The notes under the pieces are model-generated. The model was not told the origin of the DNA. It saw only the letters and a list, made by a program, of their open reading frames with translations, and made no database searches. A DNA stretch of 64,000 nucleotides. It comes from Eledone cirrhosa. Taxonomy: Eukaryota. The stretch lies in contig OZ024742.1 in the NCBI GenBank assembly GCA_964016885.1, positions 76,942,001 through 77,006,000 of the forward strand, given 5' to 3'. Both the position numbers and the translations under genes were made by a program. This document shows positions 13,340 to 27,149 of the stretch, piece by piece (position 1 is the first letter of the stretch; each line of letters starts with the position of its first letter).

Positions 13340-14229
13340 TTTTATACGAGCGACTTGAAATTTCTCGAATGTTTTTCAAACTGTAGAATCGTTGACCATC
13401 CCTTTTTCAATAATAGTGTATAAGTGAACCTCATAAATATAAATGTTCATTGTTTTTGTACAAGTGTTCTTATAATACTGCATCATAAATTAGTTGCAAC
13501 CGCTGAGTGAAATAAAGGAAATCATGTCACGGAAACTCCGGCAAATCCTTTTAATAATCTTTCACGGAAATACTAAAGTTTAGGAAGGGTCGACATTAGC
13601 TATGTTACTTTTAACTGGGTGATTGGTACCATTATTATTTTAGAATCCATTTTCATGGGTAATTATAACATTTTAAATGTAGTTCGTAGATTTAGTCACA
13701 ACTCCGTGATAAAATTAATTCATTTTATAATAAAACATGATTAATTGTGTGTGTTAATTAAAACAAATATATATAAAACATAGCAAAGGTTTCCAAAAAA
13801 TTTAAATAAGTTCGTAAAGGAAAAAGCACGATGAAATAGTTAAAATAGAATCTAAGTGAAAATTTATCATTAACAAACTGTTGAAGGAAGAAAATATACG
13901 CTACAGTGGATATTCAAATTACAGCCTTCAGATATCAATAAATTGCAAAGGAATTAACACAAATGTTTGTATCCTTTCGTCGTTTCTACTTGTTATGCGC
14001 CATAAACTTTACATTTGTTACGTTGCAAATGGTATTTGTATTCGACACAAATATTGTCCGCTTCAATGCATTATTATTAAATTGGAATTTAACTACGTTG
14101 CCTCTCTTCTACATATGATACACTTTTCTTGATATTCTGTTACAGAACGTCTAAATATTCAGGGAACAGCCATAATTATAACAGTGTTGTTGATAAATTG
14201 AAAGTTAAAAGAAGAAATATATAGTATTG

Positions 14230-14460
14230 AATTAATACAAAGAGACAGTGAGAGATAGAGTTGTTAAGAGTGTGAAGTGTGAAGGATGATGTTTGCGAGG
14301 AATTGAGAATGTGATAGAGGTTGGGGAAAAGAGTGGGGAATCAAGGAAAACAGAAAACGTTTATTCTGAATGTGTAGGAGATATTTAATGCGGGGTATCA
14401 AAGGAAAAGCTGGAAAGCATTAACGAGTAAAGGAAATGATGTACGGGGTATGAAATACTC
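14230..14460 (-). mobile_element. Possible LINE 3' fragment
   Basis: Minus strand reads YFIPRTS, resembling the F.PRT..WN.LP C-terminus of CR1/Jockey-group LINEs; heavily degraded. Confidence 0.3.
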
Positions 14461-15527
14461 GCCTACATAACCACCGGTTATATTGTTGCTTGTCGTCAAA
14501 AGTTCATTTGTGTCAATTTATTTCAGAAACATGAAATTTAAATAGAATTTTACGATGGAGATCTTGATTGCCCATCGCATTATTTGACTTCCAAAAGTAT
14601 CCTTTGTCTGGCGAGGATAATATAAAATTAATTTCTGCATTAACATGTCCTTGAGGTGATAGTGCTATCAAGGCATTCTAGAAATGGGTTCTTATAATGT
14701 TCGCAGAATGGGCATCGTATCTTTGGGTTAAGCAATTAACAATTAATTATTTTAGCCTCTCAATGTAAAACAGGAACATGTTGCAGAATGAGCCATATTG
14801 CCTTCGGAAATTTCTATAATCGAACGATTCTAAGAATCTGAAGATAAGTTACAATTGTTCTATAATTTAAATGCATGGTGTGTCATTAATTACAAGCGTA
14901 CAATTAAAGTGGTCTCAAATACTTGAACGAAATTATTAATGTAGTTATTTATAACAAATCTTATCTCATATTGAGTATTAAATATTCAAATAGGAAATAT
15001 GTATTTAATGCTTAAATGTTACATTATGTTCAGCATTAATATTGCAAAAAGTTTGATACTGATTAAACTGATAGAAATGCATTTGAATATAAATGATTTA
15101 CGTTCCAGAAAGTTAAGGCTTATAAAGATCTCTCGGATAATAAAACTCTTAGTATACACATTAATGTTTCCGAAGTACTGGATGACTCATAGGCAACGTT
15201 TATATAAGCAGCTGTCATGGTTCTTATAGAGCGGTTCGTTTTATAACTTAATTCACAATCTCTTAGAAAAATAGAGTATGATCCCATCCACAAACTACAC
15301 GTTACATTATGCATGTTTATTCCAGTAGCGATAGGAAGCACACTAAGAAAGGATGGATAAAGTCGTTTAACGAAACTCTGTTTGAATATATTTGCAAGTG
15401 AAATGATTATTTTCGAAATTTAAATCAATTTAACCGTAACTCAATTTGAACTTAGAGCAGGAAGGATTTTAATATATAAAATTGGCAATTTAGGGGCAAT
15501 AGCTGCATATCTAGATCTAAATACACT

Positions 15528-15658
<131 letters not shown>

Positions 15659-15706
15659 GCGGTAATACAACAGTTAGTTCACAATACCGAAAACAATTAT
15701 TCTCTC

Positions 15707-15806
<100 letters not shown>

Positions 15807-15813
15807 ATATATA

Positions 15814-15985
15814 AGATTCTACAGTACTAGAACTGTTTCATTCTTTAGAAATAATCAGAATTCTAAAGAATGAAACAGTTCTAGTCCTTTAGAATCTGAT
15901 CTATATTAAAACTGTTATACTCTGCTATGTATTGAGTACCTTACTTACTGTCGTTACCTCCGATTCAACCCGGAATAACTTACTA
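15814..15985 (+). mobile_element. Palindromic PLE mini-remnant with tail
   Basis: Arms 15814-15850 and 15861-15897 contain a GAAACAGTTCTA HHR half; tail hairpin at 15918-15938. A related fragment lies at ~47681-47700. Confidence 0.7.
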
Positions 15986-16002
15986 TATACACACACACAC
16001 AA

Positions 16003-16077
<75 letters not shown>

Positions 16078-16153
16078 CTAAGTGTGTAGAAAGTAAACAC
16101 ATGGAGCAAAACAAACGATCCAGTACATTGAAGTTATATGTTAGTTTTACGCC

Positions 16154-16187
<34 letters not shown>

Positions 16188-16372
16188 CCTTCGCTATATG
16201 TCTCTCCACCACTCCCCTACACACCCTTTGAACTCTCTTCCCACACACTTTTCACCCGAGGAAGGGCTTATGCCCGAAACGTCGTTCCCCACCACCACCC
16301 CACTCTCCAGAGCGTGAAATTAATAAACATTCGCTGTACTGCCGCTCTGTTTTGTTCCTGTTCAAATTTTCC

Positions 16373-16373
<1 letters not shown>
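16188..16373 (+). mobile_element. PLE 3'-end remnant with HHR-like motif
   Basis: CCGAGGA A GGGC-TTAT-GCCC GAAA CGTCG TT at 16256-16286 with AATAAA downstream, flanked by (TA)n. Stem I is poor. Confidence 0.65.
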
Positions 16374-16424
<51 letters not shown>

Positions 16425-16436
16425 ATAATAATAATA

Positions 16437-16900
16437 ATAAAATGTAGAGAAGGAGCACACGAGTTGGAATATATATATATATATATATATATATGGAAAT
16501 ATGGAGAAAAAGACGATTATTAGGAAGAAAAAAAGTTTTTTTTTCCCTTTTATTTTTTTTCTCTTTTTTCTGGGTTAGAAAATGTTTAAAACAAAATATT
16601 TTACTTTGTGTGAAGTGTTAAGGTATTAATAAATTTATTTATTTATTAACAATGGCATTTATTTATTTATATATTTAATAATTGTCTATTACCGGTTTCA
16701 GAACGTTATGCATTATCAAAGGGGGGAATTTGTATCGGTGTAAAATGTTGGTGATGTTGAACATGTTAAGGAAATGGGGAAGAAAGAATAATGTTATTTA
16801 CAAACAAGGTTTTTGAGTGAAAAGAAAAAGAAAAAAATGTGGGTTAATGTGGAATATGATAAGGTAATGAGAAAGAAAAAATAATATTATTTAAAGTATA
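16437..16900 (-). mobile_element. 3' end of the Neptune-type PLE family of 4354-6370
   Basis: Homologous to ~5900-6370, including the internal (TA)n, the tail CCAACTCGTGTGCTCC and the UUGAUAA HHR-like motif (16684-16720). Confidence 0.85.
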
Positions 16901-17439
16901 ATTTGATAATCTGAGGATCATCACAGATTGAGAATTTTCGCATAAAAAAACAGAAGCGTCGTGATTTAGTGAATATGGACAGTAGCAATTCATGACTGCT
17001 TTACTCACTAAACAAGGGAAGCTGTTATTATCTTTATGGATATCCTAAAAGTACAGGGACGTTGTTTATGTATGCATATATGTGGCAACAAAAATAATAA
17101 TAATAACAATCATTATTTTTTAAATTTACATGTGACCACAGCAACTCCACATAAGAATGAAATATCACATCCTAAACTTAAATCCAAAACCAGCCAAAAG
17201 GAATAGAGAAATATTCACGAATTGAAAACAATCATGGCATCATTATTAAGGATGTTTATGGCTAATGGAATTATTAAAATCATCACTAATGCTATTGATG
17301 TTGCCATTATAATGACAAACAGATAATGGAATAAATCGCTATTGCTACATCCTCACACACGCACATCCTCACACGCACACCCTCACACACACACACACGC
17401 ACACACACACACACACACGCGCACGCACACACACACACA

Positions 17440-17496
<57 letters not shown>

Positions 17497-17893
17497 AAAC
17501 AAACAGACAGACAAACACAAGAATATATATATGAAAATGTACTTATTCATAATAAAGAATATATTTTGGCGCCCGGTTACTTACTGAAACATAACCCAAC
17601 ATACACACTCTCACAGAATCAAACTCCACAACACAAACTGAAATTCTCAACATCAATTACATGTGAGGTACAAGTCAGCTTAGCCATATATATCTCCATC
17701 TTAGATAACTTTTGAAAATTCTGAAACTTGTGAAACTGGTAATGTTATAGGTTATTCTAAATAAACCGTCTTAAATATTTCAATTGCATCTTCAGCATTT
17801 TATTCGCCTAATTATAGATATATATGTTTGTATGTATATATATATATATATGTGTGTGTGGGTGTGTGTGGGTGTGTGTGGGTGTGTGGTGTG

Positions 17894-17974
<81 letters not shown>

Positions 17975-18030
17975 TGTATGTGTGTATGTGTGTGTGTGTG
18001 TGTGTATACATATATATAAATATATATATC

Positions 18031-18403
18031 ATATTTCGTTTCTGAATTTGTTTAGCAAGTTTCTTTATATGAAAACGTGTGTAGAAACCTATATTGTTAA
18101 ACTTTAGGAGGGTCATTTTGCTAATAAGAAACACACACACCAGATGCTTTCATTCCAATTTATTATAAATTAAATTTATAAATTTAAGAATTTATAAATT
18201 TCCGGTTGGTTGGTTGGTTCCACAACCGGACGGTTGTTCATATATTGTCAAATTCTTTAGTCACACATTCTGTGACCTCTTCAGTGACTGGGGATTCTTC
18301 TCTTTGTTTTGTGCCTCTTTTTGTTTTGTCCTACGCCATCTTGTTGACAGAAGGTGCGTGTGTTTCTTATTGGCAACATGAGCCTCCCAAAGTATAACAA
18401 TAT
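18031..18403 (-). mobile_element. 3'-end remnant of the PLE family at 26047-28743, with a short inverted arm
   Basis: 18031-18340 is the reverse complement of ~28435-28743. 18354-18403 is a forward copy of 28637-28686. Confidence 0.85.
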
Positions 18404-18553
18404 TTATATATATATACATAATTGAATATAAAAGAGAGCTAAACACAGATATATACATATATATATGTTCAAATAGTAAGGGACCAAATTCGCTAGGGTG
18501 CAACAAATACTAAAAAGAAAATTGTTTTCCTTGAGTTATTTAATTGTAAGTTT

Positions 18554-18629
<76 letters not shown>

Positions 18630-18663
18630 TTACAATAATCAAAGTTCAGTTTAAGTCATTTAT

Positions 18664-18712
18664 TTGCTTACAATTGTTTCCTCCAAACCGAGGTTTGTAT
18701 TCTTCGGAGCAA
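18664..18712 (-). ncRNA. Type I hammerhead ribozyme, CCGAAGA core
   Basis: Minus strand: stem I TTGCT/AGCAA, CCGAAGA, stem II CAAAC/GTTTG, GAAA, palindromic CAATTG, GUA site; AATAAA follows. Confidence 0.75.
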
Positions 18713-20644
18713 CTATTTACTGATCTATATCATACTTGACCTCCTTTTCAACCCAAGAGACACATAAAACATAAAACATATGCGCATATTGATCAACAGT
18801 GGGGTGACATACATCAAATGATATAGCATGGCAATTTACATGTAAAGGTTACAGGATAAAAATAAAAATAAAAATAAAGGCAAGAATGAAAATAAAGATA
18901 AACATGAAGCGTTGGCAGTCTATGAAGATAAAGCAAGAGGAAAGCTTAGAGTAGTTAGTGTATGAAACAATCTCACGTGTATCATGCACGCGTGTATTAT
19001 TTATACATGATTAGAGTGCGTCAGAATGGTATTTGCAGGGTCAGGCAGTTGAAGCAGGCAATCGATCTTATTATGTGGGCTGAATTATTAAGTCATTTAT
19101 TCTCATACATCTGTATGATATCCAGTCTCGGTTGCAGGGAAACACCAAAATATCAAAAACATTCAACATACTATAAACCTTATTGTATCGTAGGCAAAGC
19201 CGTACCACTGTCTTCGCTCACACCACCACTCACATAATCCATGAGACGCAATATATAGAACACGTGTCTATCGTATAATTCACGATGGTTCAGCATATAA
19301 TCAAGTTATAAACCGTATCCAGTCGGTTCTTAATTAATAGATCATGCTGTCCAGATTCCGGAAGTGTCTGAATGACTAAGGGGAATTAATGCGTAAGGGG
19401 AGGTAACTAGCTAGTTATCTTAGTTAAATTACTATCCTAAACTACATTAATGGTGATTCAAATAGGTGCCTATCATATGAAGTTATAACTAATTTCTAGA
19501 GTATGTTTCACAATTATAGGTTAGAGAGTTGCCCATTAAGAAGTACAAGGGTGTATATATTAGGATGATTACGATACATTAAGGGGTGTCATATCTGAAC
19601 CTTCTATAAGAGGAGTCAGACTCTCAAGTCACTGTTCCATGCAAATGTAATATAACAGTAGGACCAGGTATGGTCCCACTATTATATATGTGCCCCCCGT
19701 TAGGCTCCGGGTCATTGCATGTCTGAATCTCCGGTAAATCTTCGGTATGGTCCGGAGATCTAATTTCACATATAAAGGCACTAGTCTGGTCCTCAAGCAA
19801 TAGACAACCCCCATCTCATATATAAATCAATTAAGTATCACATCTACAAGTTAGAGTGGAGTCTGTTAATAGGTACTAAAGGAGTTCACATCGAGAAGAT
19901 TACAATCTGGAGATTAAATCTCTCATACCAGGGCACCTGTCTGGCCACCAAGCAATACATAATCTCACATCCCACATATAGATCAGGTATCCCATCTACA
20001 AGCTAGAGTGGAGTCCAGTAACAAGTACTAAAGGAGTTCGTATCATGATGACTACAATCCAACATGGGGTGCCACACCCGGCCAATCCATAAGAAGAGTC
20101 AGACTACATAATTAATTACATGGGTCTCACTATCAGTAATGGTCTTATTATCAGACATGACTCCCGGCGGGATTCAGGTCGTAGTATGACTGCATCCCCG
20201 GTAAATTCACCAGGGTGGTCCGGTGGCCGGTTCTCTCGTCAAAAGGTGCCGGTCAGGTCACCAGGCAACACGGAGGCTCCTAACTCATGCAGCTCCTGTG
20301 CATAATTCATTGAACTGATCGTTTACAGTATATATTCACATAACAATACGATTATCTATCTAATCATCAATCTATCTCTTGGTGGGAATCCATGCACAGG
20401 ACTATGTTATCGCAACCAGTACCGTGTCCCCGGTTTATACTAATCTTATATTTGTGCAATGCAGATTAAGTAGTCCACGGTCGAGATATCAGAATTAGAG
20501 GTACAAGGGGGTATTTCCAGGGTAGGTGGTACTAAAATGCTGTCAGTATTATCTTTAGAGTATACAAATGGGTGTGGATGTGAGGTGTAAGGTGAGCTAG
20601 TGATGTTAATTGCTAGGGGCGGTGCCGGTTCCAGTCTGACATTA

Positions 20645-22659
20645 TTATATATAGGGTTTAAAGTTTTGGAACGAGTGTCGGAAGCGGTGTTGGCAAGTTG
20701 CGAACACTTCTGATTTTTTATTAAGGAGATTATGTTTAGAGAAGATGATAGTATGGGTCTCTAGTAGACAGAGGTTACAAAATTTATTTGGTGGTTTGTA
20801 CGATGTTGCACTACCTACCACTTCCCATTTAAGTGTATATATTTTATTTTTAGTTTTTAGATAGTGTATGTAGCTAGATAGTGAAGTGGAGTTGGCTAGA
20901 CTGTGTTTTTTGAAAGAGTGGAGGTGCGAATTGTATCTAGTTTTGAAGCAGTTAGAAGTAGAGCCTATATAGGTTTCAGAAGAGTTGTTAGTTGTGACTG
21001 TACATGAGTATATGATATCCTTGGTTAAGCATTTTTTATCTAAAGGGCAGGTTCTACTTGATCTACAGTTACAATTACTCTGGGTGATAGTCTGCCGGTT
21101 ACTATGCTGTGTAGAAGTTTGGATGTTAGCGATAGGGTTATGGTTATGCGGGTTGTGGTACGCAGCGTTAATGTTTACACTAGTGCTATTACTATTATTT
21201 CCATTGATATTACGGTTATTTGCTATAATGTTACTTTGACTGTTATTTTGAATGTTATTTTGAAGGTTTATCGACTGTTGTGATTTAGTTTGTTGGAAGT
21301 AGGAATTATGTTTTCTTTTATTTGTACTAGCTATGTGGTATGCTAAGTTAGGCGTAGTAGAGTATGAGATCTTAATAGTGTTTTTGTTTAAAAGGCCGTG
21401 GTACCTGTGGCCGGATGGGAAGTGTTTATCTAGTAGTGAGAAGAAAGCCCTAGGTAGGTTTGTAGAGACGTTTAAATTGAAAGGAGGGTTGAAAAATGTA
21501 TTATTTCTTCTTCTATTTCTGTTTTTTATGTCTGGTGATTTGTTTCCTTTAATGTTCCTATGGTCATTTCTGTGGTGCGGGTTACTTTTGTTGTTACAAT
21601 CCCTATTATTGTGTGTGCAGTTGCTATTCTTATTGTTAAATTTTCCCATGGACATGTTGTGTGAAATGATGCTGTAGCTATGTGTTTTTATAGGTAGGAA
21701 CTCTATCCCTGTATTATGGCCTGATCTAGCTAATGCCTGATTATAATACTGCGAGTTATTGTTAAATGTGTTTATGTCATAGGATAGATTAGAGATTCTA
21801 TTAGATACTCCCTTAGAGATAGAGTTCAATATAGATTTAGGGTGGTTAGATTTGGTATCTACGTAGATGAGTTTTTCATTAGGTTTGTGGAAAGGTGCAT
21901 ATATCATTGAGTCTAGGTAGAGTGTGGCGTCTAGGAAGTTGACGTTTTTGGTGTTTTTGTCCATGGTAATACTAAGGTTAAAGTTTTTGAATGTTTTGTG
22001 CAATAGTTTTCTAGTCCTTTCTATATTGAATTTTTTATAGTCTATAAGTAGAAGTGCATCGTCGCGATACAAATCACCGCTGAGGTACGGAAGTTCCCTG
22101 TGGATTTGGTTAAGTAAGTATAGGCCAACTAAATCAGTGACCTGCGCCGAGTCACTAGATCCCATAGTAATGTCGAAGTTGTTTTGAGTATCCTTGCGGG
22201 TCCATAATTGGTCTTCAAAGGTGATTATTGTTTTACGGGCCGCAAGTATGACATCAATCTGGGGTCTAGTCAAGTCACTATTGTCCATGGCCATTATAAG
22301 TGCCTTATTTAGTAGGATAGGGGAAATAGAGGTGTAGTAAGAGTTGATATAAAATTGAATACATTTTTTATCCTTGTTATCTATGATATTTTTGAACCAT
22401 TCAATCACTTCACCCGTATTTCCCCATTGTTTAAGGTAAATCTTGTGTTTAATCTGTGGGATGATTTTGTCTAGAATTTTTTTGCTGATAATGCCAATGT
22501 CAGACCTGGATGGGCAGATTAGTCTAATCGAGGGGTTGCTAATGAAGTCTACCTTCAGAGAGAATCTAGGGGGGTTTGGCGTGTAAGGTTGTGTATGTCT
22601 CTGGAGCCCTAGTTTGGATACTATATTATAGCCTTCCATATTAATATCTTCTAAGTTTT

Positions 22660-22663
<4 letters not shown>
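20645..22663 (-). CDS. Hydra-type PLE RT + GIY-YIG protein (N-truncated; first catalytic Asp mutated)
   Basis: RLICPSRSDIG, QFYI (FDI in relatives), TMGSSDS, YRDD, NFLD, CNC-x5-C, IIY..YIG, KTRYNSH, CNLC..E, CQH. Confidence 0.9.
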
Positions 22664-22695
<32 letters not shown>

Positions 22696-22918
22696 ATGAT
22701 AATAAAGTAATTAAGTCAAATATTTAAGATTTAGCTTCGTTTATTAAAGATGCACTGCTATATATAATTCAGGCACTTCGAATTGGTGTGGTAGGGACAG
22801 GTACACATGTTGTTAAAGTGTTTTACGCGGTCACTACTCCGATATGTCCGGCTCCTGGTTGGGTTGTTATTTCTCTGAGGAAATGGAATCATATGTAAAC
22901 GACCAACGTATACTCAAA

Positions 22919-22964
<46 letters not shown>

Positions 22965-22966
<2 letters not shown>

Positions 22967-23265
22967 TTGATATTAATAAATGGAAACTATATTTATAAAA
23001 CCATATTTATTCTATTATATATATTTTAAGGTCTGATTCCTGGGTATATAAATATTTATAAAACAAATTGTGTATTTTATCTGATGAGAGTGTACGAAAG
23101 TGTTGGTACCCTTGAAATATATATAATAGAATAAATATGGTTTCATAAATATATTTTACATTTATTAATATAATTGTTATTATACTCCAGAAAACTTGTC
23201 GAGTGCTTCGAATCTGATATAAATATATTTGTTGAATTACCAACAAATTAAATATCCCTTTGCTT
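22965..23265 (+). mobile_element. Palindromic PLE mini-remnant (inverted arm + HHR arm + tail)
   Basis: 22965-23032 is inverted relative to ~23108-23176; tail hairpin at 23183-23205. Confidence 0.8.
23073..23133 (+). ncRNA. Type I hammerhead ribozyme
   Basis: Stem I TATTTTAT/ATAGAATA, CTGATGA, imperfect stem II (GTAC..GTAC), GAAA TATATA TA. Confidence 0.7.
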
Positions 23266-23285
23266 ATATATATATATATATATAT

Positions 23286-23640
23286 AGTGACCAAACATAA
23301 GTCAATTGTATGAACTCATAATTCTTTATTTACCGCTATATATATTTCGATGATAGCCATTGTATGGCTATGACCTCATCAGGCCGTCAGAAAGTTCTTA
23401 GATATGCCAGATCTGGGTTTCTGGTGTTGTTGGTTTTAGAGCCTTGGGACATATGAGATTGTTAGGGATCATTTTATGTTGTCAGCAGGAATAATCTTAA
23501 TTCTCATTGGTCAGTTTGTAGTTGCTAGTAGGCTTGGTATTTGACCTCAAAGAGGTCGCTGGTGTTGTAAATTTCAAACCGTCAGGCAAGTTGACAATAG
23601 TTCCACGTGACTGATTTTCACAAAAAACATTCCTGGTCAG
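23286..23640 (-). mobile_element. PLE 3'-end fragment (same family as 50109-50460) with HHR
   Basis: Clear homology to 50109-50460. HHR at 23333-23387: CTGATGA, ~12 bp stem II GGTCATAGCCAT/ATGGCTATCATC, GAAA TATATA TA. Confidence 0.85.
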
Positions 23641-24029
23641 ATATATATTCAATTGAGCTTTATATTGTGAAATTCGATACTACAAGGCACTTTTAATTTG
23701 AGGAATTTATGTGGGGGGGGGGGGGTAATACTGAAAATGATGGTAAGAGTCAAATAGTTAGAAAGTTTACATATAAAAAGACTTATGTTGGTTGACTTGT
23801 ACATACACTCACATCCCCCCCCTCCACACACACAACACACATCTACACACACAAATCCATACAGATGCGTATATATATGTATATACACACAAGTGCGTAT
23901 ATATATACAAAAGAGGCCTCAAAATCCAAGTATAAAATGAGGTGGGTGTTATTTTTAAAGAAAAGTAAAGTTGGTGTTTGCAAAAAAAAAAATTATTGTT
24001 TAGACTAGACAAAAGTAGGGTGTGATATA

Positions 24030-25610
24030 TATCTTCACAGCAATAGCTTAGGGGCTTTGGATCTTAGGCGATTCCCTTAGTACAGACATATACATACACA
24101 CGCACCCACCCACACTTGTATACCTCTGGATGCGTGTGTATGTCTATATACACATGTGCATTCATACAAGAGAGCATACACAAATATACTCTTAAGTATG
24201 CACTCGAATATTTTTCAAATGCAAACTGGGGTATTAGTATTTCGTTGCGTTGACATAGGTGTGTACATTCACCTAATCCCGATATACACACACAACGCAC
24301 GGTGGCGGGCAGACATTCATGCGTATAGGGTTAGTACCTTAGGATAATCGTTCTTCTTGTGTGGGACACCCCTTTGTCATCAGGTTCAAGAAACGTAGTT
24401 TTGCTGACTCCTAACCAGTAGAAGATCTGGTGAACAATCCACTTTGGGGACCACAAACTATGGGTGGGTGTTGTTGCCCATTGGTCATTGGTACGGGGCG
24501 AAGGGAGCCCTACAGGTGGTGGGAGGAAACCCTGCCAATTTCATGTAACTCGCCAGTTCATTAGAGCTTGCCCAATATGTGAGGAGCTACGGGAGTGGGC
24601 CTATTGGGGCGGTCTGTGTGTGATAAAGTACGGTGTGGTGCTAGCCTAATAAAGGGGTGCGGAAATTACTACTAAGGGGTGGTCGGGGGGAGTAGGGGAG
24701 GAAAGGGGCGTTGCGGGAGGCCGTAACGGGGTTTATCCATAAAGCTTGAGGAAAATTCCCGTCCTAAAGTGTCTGCAGGTGCCGAATAAGTCGGCCCTTC
24801 TGTTTAATAGCTTGGTTCCGACATGAAGTATCCTGAGTGTCTCACTAAGGCAGAGGTGGCAAATACCAGACCCACCTCTGTCTGGGGGAACCTTTCTAAC
24901 AAAGGACCAGACCAAAGAGTGCGGGGTCCCTTCAAGTTTGAGCTTTCAGATCAATTCAGCAATGGCCGTACATTTCCTCTTTTCTATTCTGTTAAAGGAG
25001 TGGCGATGGTTATACCACCTATCTTTGAAGGTCGTCGCCGTGGATCCTATGTTGTGGTGCTCCGAATTAGGGGCTGTGACCGTGCAGCTGTGGACTACGT
25101 TTTTCATCATGCATTCATTATTAAGGGAGCATAGAGATGGGTTTCTGCAATTGCATGACATTTTAAGCCCCTGCACATGTACCGTGGGGTTACCCTCAGC
25201 TGGGGTTGGCTGGGTACGCGCTGCATTCTGCGCAGGGGCGTTGGGTTGCGCTGTGCTAGTTGGGCCTATCAGGAGGGTTATATGGGCCCACCGTGGGGCT
25301 ATAAACCTGCGAGGTGCGGCCTCCATGCTCAATGAGGGTTCGGCGGGAGGTGGGGCCGGAGCCGGGGTGCCTATGCTCCACAATAGAGTGGTCCTCAGTG
25401 TTGTAGTTATTAGACCTGGTGGGGTATGCCGGACCTTCTACCGGGGGTTGTGGCGGTTAGGGGTACTGCTCATCCTGGTATTAGGTGGGCGACTCATGCC
25501 CCTGAGGGTATTGGCCCGGGGCATCCTTGGGTCATATCGATCATGTCCCTTGGGGTTATAGCTGATCGTATGGCTGTGGGACGCCTTAGCTAGCACTGAG
25601 TTAATAATCA
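24030..25610 (-). mobile_element. GC-rich, 5'-truncated Hydra-type PLE (endonuclease + 3' UTR)
   Basis: CNCRNPSLC, IGSTATTFKDRWYNH, CHLCLSE, LLNRRADLFGTCRH. ORFs 24946-25383 and 24733-24915 are in one frame, split by a TGA at a conserved Trp. Confidence 0.85.
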
Positions 25611-25709
25611 TATATATATATTACTCTAGTCGATCGACTTTCGTCAAATCGGACCGAGGAAACTATGTTTCCGTTGGTCTTTCCAATTGCTAATACTATC
25701 TATCGGTCA

Positions 25710-25841
25710 CAACTCCAGGTAGAAGGAGCAACGTGAAATAAAGTGTCTTGCTCAATGACATAACGCATCGCCTGGTTCAGGAATCGAACTCACAACCTCA
25801 CGATTGTGAATCCAATACTCTAACCACTCAGCCACACGCCT

Positions 25842-25845
<4 letters not shown>
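25710..25845 (-). mobile_element. tRNA-derived SINE, 5' part
   Basis: Minus strand A box TGGCTGAGTGG and B box GTTCGATTCC, then TTGAGCAAGACACTT. Confidence 0.8.
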
Positions 25846-25901
<56 letters not shown>

Positions 25902-27149
25902 ATCTTATATATATAAATATGTATATATATATTTATATGTATATATATATATATATAAATTGTTTTTCCTTGAGTTATTTAATTGTAAGAGTTTCTACCT
26001 CAATATATACCGTTGATATATATATATATATTTGTGTATATATTCGTGTTGTTGAACTCATCTGTTAATGAGGTGTCGGCCATATTTATACCGTATTTAA
26101 CGGTATAAATATGGCCGACACCTCATTAACAGATGAGTTCAACAACAACAACAACACAAATGTATACGGCAACACGGCAATAGATGACGATGAGTTATCT
26201 GTATTACTTCTACCACCGAAATTTGCGACATTCAAGAAGGTAAATATGATTAGTTGTCTGTCAGAAATAGAAAATAATTTACAAAATTACGTTTGAACCT
26301 CAAAAACAAAAACAAAAACAAAAGTAACAATATATGCACACACATATACAACACACATCCCAACAACAACAGACACACAGAGACACAAACAACAATAACA
26401 ACAACACACACACCAACAATAATAACATACCCAGAAGCAACAACAACAGACACACACAACAATAACAACATACACAACAATAACACACACGGAGACAACA
26501 ACAACAACACACACCAACAACAGCACACATCAACAACACCAACACACACACATTCAATGCCTCTCACCACCACCACAATCTTAACAAACACACAGACACA
26601 GAAAACAAGTAATGACAGTAGCACAGAAATCACAGAAATAAGGGAAAATAATAGGATTAAAAGGAGAAGGGAGGCTATGGACAAAGTAAATAACCAAGAC
26701 GAACACACAGACACACAAAATAGAGTAGATAAGAACAATGAGCCAGTGGAAAGAGACAGGAGCAATTATGAGAGACTTAGAAACAACCATGAGGCTGTTG
26801 GTGGAAATAGAAATAGAAATAGAAATAGAAACAACACAACTAACAATAACAATAGCACTAGTACACATAAAGCAGCAGCCTGGAACTCTACTTTTTATAA
26901 TCTCTCCGATAAGTCGTTCGGCCTGCGCCGAGTCCACGCCACGACTTTACCATTTAACAAACGCACGCAATTGCCGTCGCAGGTTGATGAACAAACAGAA
27001 GCACAATTTAGTATAGCTAAATCCGAACTTAGAAATATTATAGAACAGTATAGCAAGAAGCATAATAGAATGGAGGCCCAGCAACTGGGAGAAAAATCTG
27101 CAAATGGCTTGCGTAAGCTCATGCAGCGCTCGCGTAATGGAGAGATAGC

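Larger units (their letters stand above)
18626..22663 (-). mobile_element. 5'-truncated Hydra-type PLE with ~2 kb 3' UTR
   Basis: 672-aa RT+GIY-YIG ORF, terminal HHR, (TA)n on both sides. Related to the element at 62415-64000. Confidence 0.92.

Noticed and set aside
24230-24385. Minus-strand CTGATGA...GAAA as the HHR of the 24030 element
   Set aside because: About 130 nt apart with no convincing stems by eye.
24946-24948. In-frame TGA in a PLE endonuclease as possible selenocysteine (as in some Naiad PLEs)
   Set aside because: It replaces a conserved Trp (ELIW in relatives), i.e. TGG>TGA decay, not a Cys position. The TGAs at 27675 and 44098 likewise look like ordinary nonsense changes.
24938-25561. 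207-aa plus-strand ORF
   Set aside because: Antisense shadow of a GC-rich PLE coding region.
25770-25845. tRNA gene
   Set aside because: A and B boxes are present, but there is no acceptor stem and the sequence continues into SINE body; annotated as a SINE.
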